Shown here in pieces: positions 26,167-35,764 of a DNA stretch of 64,000 nt. The notes under the pieces were generated by a model that did not search any database, was not told the origin of the DNA, and saw only the letters and a program-made list of their open reading frames with translations. A program made the translations under genes and the position numbers. The DNA is from Vicinamibacterales bacterium (GTDB lineage Bacteria; Acidobacteriota; Vicinamibacteria; Vicinamibacterales; CAVVIG01), in NCBI GenBank assembly GCA_035650895.1, contig DASRGT010000017.1, forward strand, positions 25,130 to 89,129, given 5' to 3'. Within the stretch, counting starts at the first letter, position 1. Each line of letters starts with the position of its first letter.

Positions 26167-26184
26167 GCGGCATCATTATGGTCC

Positions 26185-27453
26185 ATGAACCTGGACCGGT
26201 ACGGCGACCTCGCGGTGAGAGTGGCGTTGAATCTCCAACCCGGCCAGCGGCTGCTCATCATCGGCCCGCTGGTGAACGGCGGCGTGGCGCTCGAAGCGGC
26301 GCCGCTCGTGCACGCCGTGACGGCGGCGGCGTACCGCGCCGGCGCCGAACTGGTCGAGGCGATCTGGGGCGACCAGGCGATGATGCAGACCCGCTTCCGC
26401 GAGGGTCGCCGCGAATCCTTGACCGCGGTGTCGCGCTGGCTGCCGCACGCGCTGCAGGCGCACGCGGCGGCGGGCGGCGCGCTGCTGTCGATCTACGCCA
26501 ACGATCCGGATCTCCTCTCGCACGAGCCGTCGGACATCGTCGGCGCGCTGCAGCAGGCGGTGTCTCGCGAGCTGGCGCCGTTCCGATCCCATATCTCGAA
26601 GAACGACACGAACTGGGGGGTCATCGCGGGAGCCGAACGCACGTGGGCGGCAAAGGTGTTTCCCGACGCCGGCGACGCGGACGGCGTGGCGCGCCTGTGG
26701 GCCGCGATTGCGCGGCTCTGCCGCCTCGATCAGCCGGACCCGCTCGCCGCGTGGGACGTGCACCTGAAGCACCTGGCCGAGCGGAGCGCGTTTCTCAACG
26801 CGAAGCACTATTCGGCGCTGCAGTTTCGAGGGCCGTCGACCGATCTCCGCGTCGGGCTGCCGGCGGGGCACGTCTGGGTGAGCGGCCAGTCGGTGAGCCG
26901 GACGGGCATTCCGTTCGTGGCGAACATTCCCACCGAAGAAGTGTTCACGATCGCCGACCGCGCACGCGTCGACGGGACGGTGCGCGCGACCAAGCCGCTC
27001 AGCTACGGCGGCACCATGATCGAGGACTTCGAGCTGACCTTCAAGGACGGCCGCGTCGTCGCCCTGTCGGCCGCACGCGGCGAGGCGGCGCTGCGGCAGC
27101 TCGTGTCGACCGACGACGGCGCGGGACGCCTCGGCGAAGTGGCGCTGGTGCCGCACGGTTCGCCGATCGCGCAGTCGGGCCTGCTCTTCTACAACACGCT
27201 GTTCGACGAGAACGCGGCGAGCCACGTCGCGCTCGGCACGGCGTACAAGTTCACCCTGTCGGGCGGCGAGACGATGGACGAGGATGCGTTCGCGCGCGCC
27301 GGCGGCAACCGCAGCGCCGTGCACGTCGACTTCATGATCGGGTCCGGCGAGGTCGACGTCGCGGGCATTACGTCGACCGGCTCGTCGGAGCCGGTCATGC
27401 GCGCCGGCGAGTGGGTCGACTCGCCGATGCCGGAGCGTCCTACTCCGCTCTGA
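26185..27453 (+). CDS. M29-family aminopeptidase (AmpS/PepS-like)
   Basis: ATG 26185 in ORF 25264..27453. NIPTEEVFT, GEVALVPH, FYNTLFDENAASHVALG. Confidence 0.85.
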   Translation: MNLDRYGDLAVRVALNLQPGQRLLIIGPLVNGGVALEAAPLVHAVTAAAYRAGAELVEAIWGDQAMMQTRFREGRRESLTAVSRWLPHALQAHAAAGGALLSIYANDPDLLSHEPSDIVGALQQAVSRELAPFRSHISKNDTNWGVIAGAERTWAAKVFPDAGDADGVARLWAAIARLCRLDQPDPLAAWDVHLKHLAERSAFLNAKHYSALQFRGPSTDLRVGLPAGHVWVSGQSVSRTGIPFVANIPTEEVFTIADRARVDGTVRATKPLSYGGTMIEDFELTFKDGRVVALSAARGEAALRQLVSTDDGAGRLGEVALVPHGSPIAQSGLLFYNTLFDENAASHVALGTAYKFTLSGGETMDEDAFARAGGNRSAVHVDFMIGSGEVDVAGITSTGSSEPVMRAGEWVDSPMPERPTPL

Positions 27454-29947
27454 GGGCGATCATCGGGTCGACGTGCGTCGCGCGGCGCGCCGGCACGAGC
27501 GTGGCCACCGCCGACACGAGCGTCACCACCGCGAACACCGTCGCGTAGGTCGCCGGGTCGCGCGCCGTCACGCCGTACAGCGTGTTCTGGATGCCGTCGC
27601 CCAGCGCGGTCGCCGCGGCGAACGCCAGGCCGAACCCGAGCGCCAGTCCAATCGCGATCTGCAGCGTCCCCTGCCGCAGCACCATCGCGATGATCTTGCC
27701 GGCGTTGGCGCCGAGCGCCATGCGGACGCCGAACTCCTGCGTACGCTGGTTGACCGAGAACGACATCACGCCGTAGATCCCGACCGACGCCAGCACCACC
27801 GCGACCAGCCCGAAGATCGAGAACATCGCCGCGATGATCCGGTTCGCCGCGACGAACACGTCCTGCTGCGACGCCGGCGTGCCGACGAAGTACAGCGGCA
27901 GGTCGGGATCCACCTTCGCGACGTCGCGCCGCAGCGTCGTCGCGAGCGCGTCGGCGCGCTGCCCCGCGCGCGGCTTGACGACGACGGTCGCGAACTGCGA
28001 GGCGAGCGGCGCAGGCAGCGCCGGTCCCGTGACCGTCGAATAGAACGGCACGTAGAAGCCGGTGTCGTCGACGTTCGGGTTGTTGAAGGGGCCGAGCATC
28101 CGGACGTTCGACACGACGCCGACGATGGTGCGCCACGGGCCCGGCGTCTTGGTGTTGCCGTCCACGGTGCGGAATCGCCGGCCCACGGCGCTCTCGCTGC
28201 CCCAGTACTTTCGCGCGAATGCGGCGTTGACGATCGCCACCGGCTGTTTCGCGTCGAGGTCGTCGTCGCGGAACGCGCGGCCGTCGAGGACGCGCTGCGC
28301 GGTCACGTCGAAGTAGCCGCCGGTCACCTGCTCCCAGTTGGCCTGCGGCCGGTCCTTGTGCTCCATGTACTTGCGGCCTTCGATCTCGATCGGGCCGTTG
28401 CCGGAGAACACCATGCGGAAGCGGTTGGTCAGGCCGACCGATTCGAACTGCGGCTCGGCGCGGAGCTCGCGCGCGAGCCGGTCGTAGAACACCTTGCGCG
28501 CGTCGGAGTTCGGATACGCGCCGTCCATCAGGCCCATGCGCGCCGACAGTACGCCGGTCGTGTCGTAGCCGTAGTCGATCGTCTGCTGCTTCAGGATCGA
28601 GCGCAGCTGGAGCAGCGATCCGACCAGCAGCACGCAGGTGACGATGATCTGGAACACGACCAGGCCGCGCGATACGAGCGTGACGCTGCGGCTCGTGTTG
28701 CCGCGTCCGGCGTCGCGGAGCACGTCCACCGCGTTCTCGCGCGAGGCCATCCAGGCCGGCAGCAGCCCCGACGCGACGGCGGAGAGCAGCGTCGCGGCCA
28801 CGCTGATCGCGAGCACGATCGGGCTGACGTCGAAGGTGATCCACGACGGCGGCGGGTTTTCGAGTCCGCGCACGCTCGCCGAGAGCCAGCTGATCGATCC
28901 GTACGCCAGCGCGATGCCCGCGGCGGCGCCGATTGCCGACACCAGCAGGCTTTCGGTGAGCATCTGGCGCAGCAGCGTGGCTCGCGTGGCGCCGAGCGAC
29001 GAGCGCACGGCCAGCTCCTTCGCGCGCAGCGTCGCGCGCGCGAACTGCATGTTCATCACGTTGACGCACGCGATCAGCAGCACGCCGACGCAGAACGCCA
29101 GCATCGTCCAGAGCGTGCCCCGCAGCGGCCGCGGGGTGAAGGTCTGGATGAGCGGCTCGACGCGCGCGGCGGTGAACTGCTTGTTCGACTCGGGATAGGC
29201 CTTCGCGAAGCGGGACGCGAAGGTCGCGAACTCGGCGTTCGCCTGATCGATCGTGACGTCGCGCTTGAGCAGGCCGAGCAGCGCCGGATTGTTCGCGCTC
29301 GGGTCGTTGCGAGGCTTGGGCAGGAACTCGCTGAAGAGCGGAATCCACAGCTCTTCGTTGGTCGGGAAGGCGAAGCCTTTCGGCATCACGCCGACGATCG
29401 TGGCCGGCTTCCCGTTGATGCGGACCGGACGTCCGACGATATCGGCCGCGCCGCCGAAATCGCGCTGCCAGATGCCGTAGCCGATCAGCGCCACCTTGGC
29501 CGCGCCCGGCGTGTTGTCCTCGGCCGTGAAGTCGCGCCCGAGCATCGGGGCGACGCCGAGAATCCTCAGGAAGTGCTCGGTCGTGTACGCGCCGGTGTAA
29601 CGCTGCGGCCGCCCGTCGACCGTGACGTTGACGGTCGACCCGTTCAGGTACGCCGCCAGGTACTCGAACGAGCGCTGCTGCGGCAGCAGCTCTTCGTAGT
29701 CCATCGACGACACCTGCCCGTTGACGCCGAAGAAATTGGCGCTGGACGGATCGATGAACGTGGCGCTCGCGAGACGGTCGGCGTTCGGAAACGAAAATCC
29801 GCGGAGCATCACCCCGTTGACCACGCTGAACATCGTCGTGACGCCGCAGATGCCGAGGCCGAGGACGATGACCGCCAGCGAGCAGAAGGCGCGCTCTTTG
29901 ATCAGCACGCGCAGGCCGATCCGCACGTCCCGCAGGAAAGTCTCCAT
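27440..29947 (-). CDS. ADOP-type duplicated MacB/FtsX-like permease, no N-terminal prefix domain
   Basis: ORF 27440..29947. METFLRDVRIGLRVLIKERAFCSLAVIVLGLGI. C-terminus LVPARRATHVDPMIALRAE. Confidence 0.85.
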   Translation of the reverse strand: METFLRDVRIGLRVLIKERAFCSLAVIVLGLGICGVTTMFSVVNGVMLRGFSFPNADRLASATFIDPSSANFFGVNGQVSSMDYEELLPQQRSFEYLAAYLNGSTVNVTVDGRPQRYTGAYTTEHFLRILGVAPMLGRDFTAEDNTPGAAKVALIGYGIWQRDFGGAADIVGRPVRINGKPATIVGVMPKGFAFPTNEELWIPLFSEFLPKPRNDPSANNPALLGLLKRDVTIDQANAEFATFASRFAKAYPESNKQFTAARVEPLIQTFTPRPLRGTLWTMLAFCVGVLLIACVNVMNMQFARATLRAKELAVRSSLGATRATLLRQMLTESLLVSAIGAAAGIALAYGSISWLSASVRGLENPPPSWITFDVSPIVLAISVAATLLSAVASGLLPAWMASRENAVDVLRDAGRGNTSRSVTLVSRGLVVFQIIVTCVLLVGSLLQLRSILKQQTIDYGYDTTGVLSARMGLMDGAYPNSDARKVFYDRLARELRAEPQFESVGLTNRFRMVFSGNGPIEIEGRKYMEHKDRPQANWEQVTGGYFDVTAQRVLDGRAFRDDDLDAKQPVAIVNAAFARKYWGSESAVGRRFRTVDGNTKTPGPWRTIVGVVSNVRMLGPFNNPNVDDTGFYVPFYSTVTGPALPAPLASQFATVVVKPRAGQRADALATTLRRDVAKVDPDLPLYFVGTPASQQDVFVAANRIIAAMFSIFGLVAVVLASVGIYGVMSFSVNQRTQEFGVRMALGANAGKIIAMVLRQGTLQIAIGLALGFGLAFAAATALGDGIQNTLYGVTARDPATYATVFAVVTLVSAVATLVPARRATHVDPMIALRAE

Positions 29948-29990
29948 TGCGGAATTGGACGAGCGGCGCCGCCCGATGGTTCTGCCGGAC

Positions 29991-30968
29991 CTAGTCGAAA
30001 TGGACAGCGGTGGTGTTGCCGCCGCTCAGCACGATGCCGACCCGCTCGCCCGGCGCGGGCACATAGCGGCCGGACAGGACCGCGGCGGTCGCGGCCGCGG
30101 CGCCGGGCTCGACGACGAGCCGCAGGACGTCCCAGAGCTGCCGCTGCGCGCGGCGGATCTCCTCGTCGTCCACCAGAACCGTGCGCGACACGTGACGCTG
30201 CGCGATGGCGAACATCAGCGCGCCGACCTGCCGCGGCGCCAGCGAGTCGGCGGCGATGCTGCCGGCGGGCGCGTCGACGGGCCGTCCCGCATCGAGCGCC
30301 ATCGTCAGCGTCGGCGCGCCGGTCGGCTCGACACCGACCACGCGCGTCGGGCTGCCGGCGTACCATGCGGCGACGCCGCCGATCAAACCGCCGCCGCCGA
30401 CGCCCATCAGCACCGTGTCGAGCGACGGCGCCTGCTGTTCGAGCTCGAGGCCCACGGTCCCCTGACCGAGCAGCGTCTCCGGCGCATCGAACGCGTGCAC
30501 GGCGTACGCGCCCGACTCGGCGACCCAGCGCTCGCTCGCCGCCAGCGCGTCGGCGTAGCGGTCGCCGACGAGCACGAGCTCGGCGCCGTAGCCGCGGATG
30601 CGATCGACCTTCGCTTTGGACGAAATCGTCGGCACGAAGATCGTGGCGCGGATGCCGAGACGCATCGCGGCGTACGCGACCGCCGCGCCGTGATTGCCGC
30701 CCGAGGCGGCGGCGACGCCGGCGGCGGGCAGCTGACGGCCGAGGAGGTTGGCAAACGCGCCGCGCGCCTTGAACGACCCGGCGTGCTGCAGGTGTTCGAG
30801 CTTGAAGGTGAGCGGGAAGTCGGCGAGGCCGAAGTCGGCGCCGCGCGCCGAGACGACGGGCGTCTGCCGCACGTGCGCGCGAATTCTCGCGTACGTGGGT
30901 TCAATCGACGAACGATCGATGGTCACGCGATCGACTGTAATCGACCTCGAGGCGGCGCACCCGGCCAA
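29991..30968 (-). CDS. PLP-dependent threonine/serine dehydratase-family enzyme (no ACT domain)
   Basis: ORF 29991..30968, TTG start as drawn (GTG at 30926 is an alternative). LQHAGSFKARGA (PLP Lys), ASGGNHG, GVGGGGLIGG. Confidence 0.8.
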   Translation of the reverse strand: MAGCAASRSITVDRVTIDRSSIEPTYARIRAHVRQTPVVSARGADFGLADFPLTFKLEHLQHAGSFKARGAFANLLGRQLPAAGVAAASGGNHGAAVAYAAMRLGIRATIFVPTISSKAKVDRIRGYGAELVLVGDRYADALAASERWVAESGAYAVHAFDAPETLLGQGTVGLELEQQAPSLDTVLMGVGGGGLIGGVAAWYAGSPTRVVGVEPTGAPTLTMALDAGRPVDAPAGSIAADSLAPRQVGALMFAIAQRHVSRTVLVDDEEIRRAQRQLWDVLRLVVEPGAAAATAAVLSGRYVPAPGERVGIVLSGGNTTAVHFD

Positions 30969-31007
30969 TTCGCCATTGGCCCGTGCCGCCGTCGCGGCGG
31001 TCGACGG

Positions 31008-32051
31008 CTACTTCCCGACCGCGATGATCGTGAACGAGTCCGCGACCATCGGTCCGCGCCCCGCGCGTCCGCCGGCCGGCGGAGGGCTGGGCGGCGGTCC
31101 GAATTCCGCCGCGATGAGGATCACGCGGTTGGTCTTCGCGTCGATCGTCATCGTCCGCGCGCCGGGCATCGTCTGGACCGTCTGTTCGACCGAGAACGCG
31201 GACGGGCTGTTCTCCTTGATGACGGTCAGCGTGCCGTCGCCCTGCGAGCTGAATGCCTCCATCGTCTGCGGGTTGAAGCCGGCGCCGTCGACGCCGGTGC
31301 CGATCGGCAGCGTCGTGACGATACTGCCGGTCTCCGCATTCAGGATCACCATCGTCGGCGCGTTCCGGCAGGCGGAGAACAGAACGTGGTTTTTCGCGTC
31401 GAGCGCGAGCCCCGCCGGCGTTTTCGCTTTCGAGGACAGGTCGTAGGTGCCGGTGACCTTGAGGGTCTTCGCGTCCACGACCGCGACGCTGTCCTTGTCT
31501 TCGATGTCGACGAACACGCGGCCGTTGCCGTCGCTCTGCGCCTGCTCGGGCGCGCCGCCGAGATCGATCGTCCCGACGATCGAGCCGTCTTTCCCGTCGA
31601 GCACCGTGGCGTTCGGTGCGGAGTGGCTCAGGATCCAGACCCGCTCGTTGAAGCGGTCGAACATGATGCCGTCGGGGTTGCCCTGCACGTCGATCGTCTT
31701 CACGACGTTCAGGGTTTTCGTGTCGAACATCACCACCGGGCGGCTGCTCGAGAACCCGTGGCCGGATGCCGCATCGACGGCGACGCCGTGCGCGTTGACG
31801 TCCGGGATCTCGCCGACCGGCGCGAGCGTGTCGAGGTCGAAGACGGTGATTCGCGCGCCCTGGCCGCTGCGCGGGATGTACAGGCGCCGCCCGTCGGAAT
31901 CGGCGAAGACGTAGTCGTACCCGCCCGCGCCGCCGACTTTCGCGGTCTTCAGAATCTTGTACGGGCCGGCGCCGGACTGCGCCGCGGCCGCCGCCGCCAT
32001 GACGGCCATTGCGCAGACGGTCGTGCCGATCGCCGCGGAGATCGTTCGCAT
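31008..32051 (-). CDS. Exported YncE-like (YVTN) beta-propeller protein
   Basis: Internal ATG (MRTISAAIGTTVCAMAVMAAAAAAQS) of ORF 31008..32219. Repeated ..G..P.G+A+D... blades. Confidence 0.7.
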   Translation of the reverse strand: MRTISAAIGTTVCAMAVMAAAAAAQSGAGPYKILKTAKVGGAGGYDYVFADSDGRRLYIPRSGQGARITVFDLDTLAPVGEIPDVNAHGVAVDAASGHGFSSSRPVVMFDTKTLNVVKTIDVQGNPDGIMFDRFNERVWILSHSAPNATVLDGKDGSIVGTIDLGGAPEQAQSDGNGRVFVDIEDKDSVAVVDAKTLKVTGTYDLSSKAKTPAGLALDAKNHVLFSACRNAPTMVILNAETGSIVTTLPIGTGVDGAGFNPQTMEAFSSQGDGTLTVIKENSPSAFSVEQTVQTMPGARTMTIDAKTNRVILIAAEFGPPPSPPPAGGRAGRGPMVADSFTIIAVGK

Positions 32052-32095
32052 CGTGGGGACTCCTGGCGGCATTCTACACCGGCGGCGCGAACGCT

Positions 32096-32114
32096 CCTGT
32101 TGACTTCCGACAGG
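32096..32114. promoter_or_regulatory. Inverted repeat CCTGT-TGACTTCCG-ACAGG (candidate PadR operator, copy 1)
   Basis: Read directly in the 97-bp divergent region. 5-bp arms with a 9-bp spacer. Confidence 0.45.
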
Positions 32115-32118
32115 CATT

Positions 32119-32137
32119 CCTGTTGAATTTCTACAGG
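32119..32137. promoter_or_regulatory. Inverted repeat CCTGT-TGAATTTCT-ACAGG (candidate PadR operator, copy 2), overlapping the AGGAGG SD
   Basis: Read directly. Same 19-bp architecture, 23 bp downstream of copy 1. Ends 11 nt before the padR ATG. Confidence 0.45.
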
Positions 32138-32148
32138 AGGCCGGTTCG

Positions 32149-32490
32149 ATGGGCCACGACGACAAGGCGGACATCCTGCGCGGCACGCTCGACCTGCTGG
32201 TGCTGAAGACGCTCGACACGCTCGGACCGCAGCACGGCTACGGGATCGCGCAGCGCATCCAGCAGGTGTCGGGCGACATGCTGTCGCTCAACCAGGGGAC
32301 GCTCTATCCCGCCCTGCTGCGCCTCGAGCAGCGCGGCTGGATCGCGTCGCGCCTCGGGACCTCCGACAACAACCGGCGCGCGCGGTTCTATTCGCTGACG
32401 ACCGCCGGCCGCCGCCAGCTCCGCCAGGAGACGGAAGACTGGGTGCGCGTGTCGGGCCTGATCAACCGGATCCTGCGGGCGACGGACTGA
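32149..32490 (+). CDS. PadR-family transcriptional regulator
   Basis: ORF 32149..32490. LDLLVLKTL..HGYGIAQRI......LNQGTLYPALLRLEQRGWI. Confidence 0.9.
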   Translation: MGHDDKADILRGTLDLLVLKTLDTLGPQHGYGIAQRIQQVSGDMLSLNQGTLYPALLRLEQRGWIASRLGTSDNNRRARFYSLTTAGRRQLRQETEDWVRVSGLINRILRATD

Positions 32491-32500
32491 GGAGGGCAGC

Positions 32501-35155
32501 ATGCGCGAATGGCTGATGCGCGCGATGTCCGTCGGCCGCCGCGGGCGGCGCGATCGCGATCTGGACGACGAGCTGCGGTTCCACGTCGACGAGCTGTGCC
32601 GCGCGTTCGAGCGCCGCGGATACGACGCGCACGCCGCGCGCATCGCCGCGGAGCGCGAGCTCGGCGGCGTCGGCCGGACGAAGCAGGCCTGGCGCGATCA
32701 ACGGACCTCGCCGCCGCTCGAGGAGCTGCTGCAGGACGTTCGCTACGGCATGCGCGTGCTGTGGCGGTACCGCGGGATGACGGCCGCGGCGGCGCTGATG
32801 CTGGCCGGCGCGGTTGCCGCGACGACGGCGCTGTTCTCGGTCGTCGACGCCGTGCTGCTCGCGCCGCTGCCGTACGCGCGGGCCGGACAGCTCGTGGTGC
32901 TCTTCGAGAACTACCTCACGCTGCACGCGCCGGATGTCTCGGTGACGCCCGGCAGCTTCCTCGAATGGCAGTCGCGCGCGCACACGATCGCCGCGATGAC
33001 CGCGATCGATCAGCGGCAGCAGAACCTGACGTCGGACGGCGAGCCGCTGCAGGTGAACGTCGCGGCCGTGACGCGCGGGTTCGCCGCGACCGTCGGCGTC
33101 CAGCCCGTCACCGGGCGCCTGTTCACCGACCGCGAATTCGAAGCGGGCAACGAGCGCGTCGCGATCATCTCGCACGCGCTCTGGACGACGCGGTACGGCG
33201 GCGCGGCGATCGACGGCACCTCCATCGTGCTCGACGATCGGCCGTACGCCGTCGTCGGCGTCATGCCGGCGAGCTTCCTGTTTCCGACGCCGCGGCAGCA
33301 GATCTGGGTTCCGCGTCCGATGACGGCGGCCGATCGCGAGAACCGCACCGGCCACACGCTGTACGCGGTCGCGCGCGTCCGCGACGGCGTCTCGATCGCG
33401 GCCGCCGAGCGCGAGCTGCACGACATCGCGGCCGCGCTGCGGCGCGACTACCCCGATTCGAACCGGGAATGGGACATCACGGTGATGCCGGCACGCGACG
33501 CGCTGATCGGCCAGACCTCCGACGTCCTCGCCGCGATGATGGGCGCCGTCGCGCTGCTGCTCCTGGTGGCGTGCGCCAACGTCGCCGGCCTGCTCCTGAC
33601 GCACGGCCTGACGCGCAGCCGGGAACTCGCGGTGCGGGCGGCGCTCGGCGCCACGCGGCTGCGCATCGTGCGGCAACTGTTGACCGAGAGCGTGCTGCTG
33701 GCGGCGCTCGGCGCCGCGCTCGGCGTGTTCCTGGCCTGGGCGGCGCAGCCGCTGCTGGAGGCGCTGCGTCCGGCAGATTTCCTGACGTGGAAGCCGATCG
33801 CGATCGACGCGCGCGCGCTGTCTTTCTCCGCGATCGTCGCCGTGGCGTGCGGCGTCCTGTTCGGCACGCTGCCGGCCGTCGCCGCTTCGCGCGCGAACAT
33901 CGCCGCGGCGGCATCGACACGCGCGGCGGGCCGCGGCGCTTCGCGTCTGCGCCATGCGCTGGTCGCGGTCGAAGTGGCGCTCGCCGTCGTGCTCGTTGCC
34001 GGCGCGGCGCTGCTGGGGCAGGCGCTGCATCACGTCGTCGCGATCGATCCAGGGGTGCGCGCCGACGGCGTGGTGACGATGACGGCGTCGCTGCCGGCGA
34101 CGCGCTACGGCGAAGATGCGCGGGTCGACGTGTTCTATCGGACGCTGTTCGATCGGATTCGCGCGATTCCCGGTGTCCGCGCGGCGGGCGCCGTGCAGGC
34201 GCTGCCGTTCAGCGGCAACACGTCGGTGCGTCCGTACGCCACCGACCGCTCGGCGCCGACGCTCGAGAGTCCGGTGGCGCACTACCGGATCGTGACGCCC
34301 GGCTACGTCGAGGCGATGGGCATTCCGCTGCGCGCCGGCCGCACCTTCACCGACCGCGATACCGCGAACGCGCCGCTCGTGGTGCTGGTCAACGAGCGGC
34401 TGGCGCGCGAGGCGTGGGGCGACCCGAGCCCGATCGGCGCGCGCATCACCTTCGGCGGCGGTTCGGGCGCGAACGTGAAGTGGGCCGAAGTCGTCGGCGT
34501 GGTCGGCGACGTGCGCCACTTCGGTCCGGCGGCGCCGGCGCCGGCGGAGATGTACTGGCCGGCCGAGCAGATCGACGCGGTGCCGGGCGAGACCCTTCGC
34601 CGGATGCGCCGCGGCCTGACGCTGGTCGTCTCGACCGACGCCGCCGATCCGCTCGCGATCGTGGCGCCGGTGCGCGCGGCGCTGCGCAGCGTCGATCCGG
34701 CGCAGCCGGTCGCGAACGTGCGGACGCTGACGTCGATGCTCGGCGCCTCGCTGTGGCTGTCGCGCGCCGCGACGTGGCTGCTGACGATCTTCGGAACCGC
34801 CGCGCTCGCATTCGCGCTGCTCGGCGTGTTCGGCGCCGCCTCTTACGGCGTCGCGCAGCGGCGGCGGGAACTGGCGGTGCGGCTGGCGCTGGGCGCGGCG
34901 CCGCGCGCCGTCGCGTCGCTCGTCCTGCGGGGCGCGATGGTGGGCGCCGCGGCGGGCGTCGGCGTCGGCGTGCTGATGGCCGCCGCGCTCGCGCGGAGCG
35001 TGTCGGGTCTGCTCGTCGGTGTGGCGCCGGGGGATCCACGAACGCTCGTCGCCGTCGCCGCCGGGCTCGGCGTCGCGGCGACGCTGGCGACGTGGGCGCC
35101 TGCGCGCCGCGCCGCCCGCCTCGACCCGATGTCGACGCTGCGGAACGCGGATTGA
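32501..35155 (+). CDS. ADOP-type duplicated MacB/FtsX-like permease with an N-terminal cytoplasmic prefix domain
   Basis: ORF 32501..35155. SD GGAGGG upstream. Prefix DRDLDDELRFHVDE. C-terminus WAPARRAARLDPMSTLRNAD. Confidence 0.85.
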   Translation: MREWLMRAMSVGRRGRRDRDLDDELRFHVDELCRAFERRGYDAHAARIAAERELGGVGRTKQAWRDQRTSPPLEELLQDVRYGMRVLWRYRGMTAAAALMLAGAVAATTALFSVVDAVLLAPLPYARAGQLVVLFENYLTLHAPDVSVTPGSFLEWQSRAHTIAAMTAIDQRQQNLTSDGEPLQVNVAAVTRGFAATVGVQPVTGRLFTDREFEAGNERVAIISHALWTTRYGGAAIDGTSIVLDDRPYAVVGVMPASFLFPTPRQQIWVPRPMTAADRENRTGHTLYAVARVRDGVSIAAAERELHDIAAALRRDYPDSNREWDITVMPARDALIGQTSDVLAAMMGAVALLLLVACANVAGLLLTHGLTRSRELAVRAALGATRLRIVRQLLTESVLLAALGAALGVFLAWAAQPLLEALRPADFLTWKPIAIDARALSFSAIVAVACGVLFGTLPAVAASRANIAAAASTRAAGRGASRLRHALVAVEVALAVVLVAGAALLGQALHHVVAIDPGVRADGVVTMTASLPATRYGEDARVDVFYRTLFDRIRAIPGVRAAGAVQALPFSGNTSVRPYATDRSAPTLESPVAHYRIVTPGYVEAMGIPLRAGRTFTDRDTANAPLVVLVNERLAREAWGDPSPIGARITFGGGSGANVKWAEVVGVVGDVRHFGPAAPAPAEMYWPAEQIDAVPGETLRRMRRGLTLVVSTDAADPLAIVAPVRAALRSVDPAQPVANVRTLTSMLGASLWLSRAATWLLTIFGTAALAFALLGVFGAASYGVAQRRRELAVRLALGAAPRAVASLVLRGAMVGAAAGVGVGVLMAAALARSVSGLLVGVAPGDPRTLVAVAAGLGVAATLATWAPARRAARLDPMSTLRNAD

Positions 35156-35179
35156 CGATCCGCATTCCCGCAGCTCTGA

Positions 35180-35764
35180 CTATCGGGATCCGCGAAGGTC
35201 GGCGCGCGACGCCGCCTCGTCCTTGAGCGGCGTCACCTTGTCGGGATCGATTCGCACCATCAGGTACCGGATGTGATCGTCGATCTGCGTGAACTGATGG
35301 CCGACGCCCGCCGGGATCACGATCACGTCGCCCGGCTTGAGGTGATGGGTGACGGGATTGCGGATCGACGTGCCGTCGCCGCCCGGGCCGTTGAGCAGCC
35401 GCACGTTGGTCTGATCGCCGGGGCGCCTCTTCCAGCCGGCGATGTCGGACCCGGTGACCAGGGTCGCCGTGCCCTCGATGACGTGATACACCTCGCTCAC
35501 CTGATCGTGCTCGGCGACGTTCGGCGCGCCGCTGATCCTGCCGCGGTACACGACGCCGATGGCCACGTGCGACTTGCCGACGTCCACGTCGCGGACCTGC
35601 TGATCGTTGACCGCCTGCGTCGCCCGCGCGAAGTACTGCTGGATTTCGTCGACGCCGATGTAGGTTGCCGAGCACCTGTTGCAGGTCGGCTTCGGCGCGT
35701 CCTGGGCTTGCGCGGCGGCGCCGAGCGCGACGAGCGCCGCCAGCATTACGGTTTTCGCGGCCAT
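35180..35764 (-). CDS. Exported cupin-domain protein
   Basis: C-terminal 194 aa of ORF 35180..37432 (MAAKTVMLAALVALGAAAQA). EVYHVIEGTATL ... GDVIVIPAGVGHQF. Confidence 0.7.
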   Translation of the reverse strand: MAAKTVMLAALVALGAAAQAQDAPKPTCNRCSATYIGVDEIQQYFARATQAVNDQQVRDVDVGKSHVAIGVVYRGRISGAPNVAEHDQVSEVYHVIEGTATLVTGSDIAGWKRRPGDQTNVRLLNGPGGDGTSIRNPVTHHLKPGDVIVIPAGVGHQFTQIDDHIRYLMVRIDPDKVTPLKDEAASRADLRGSR

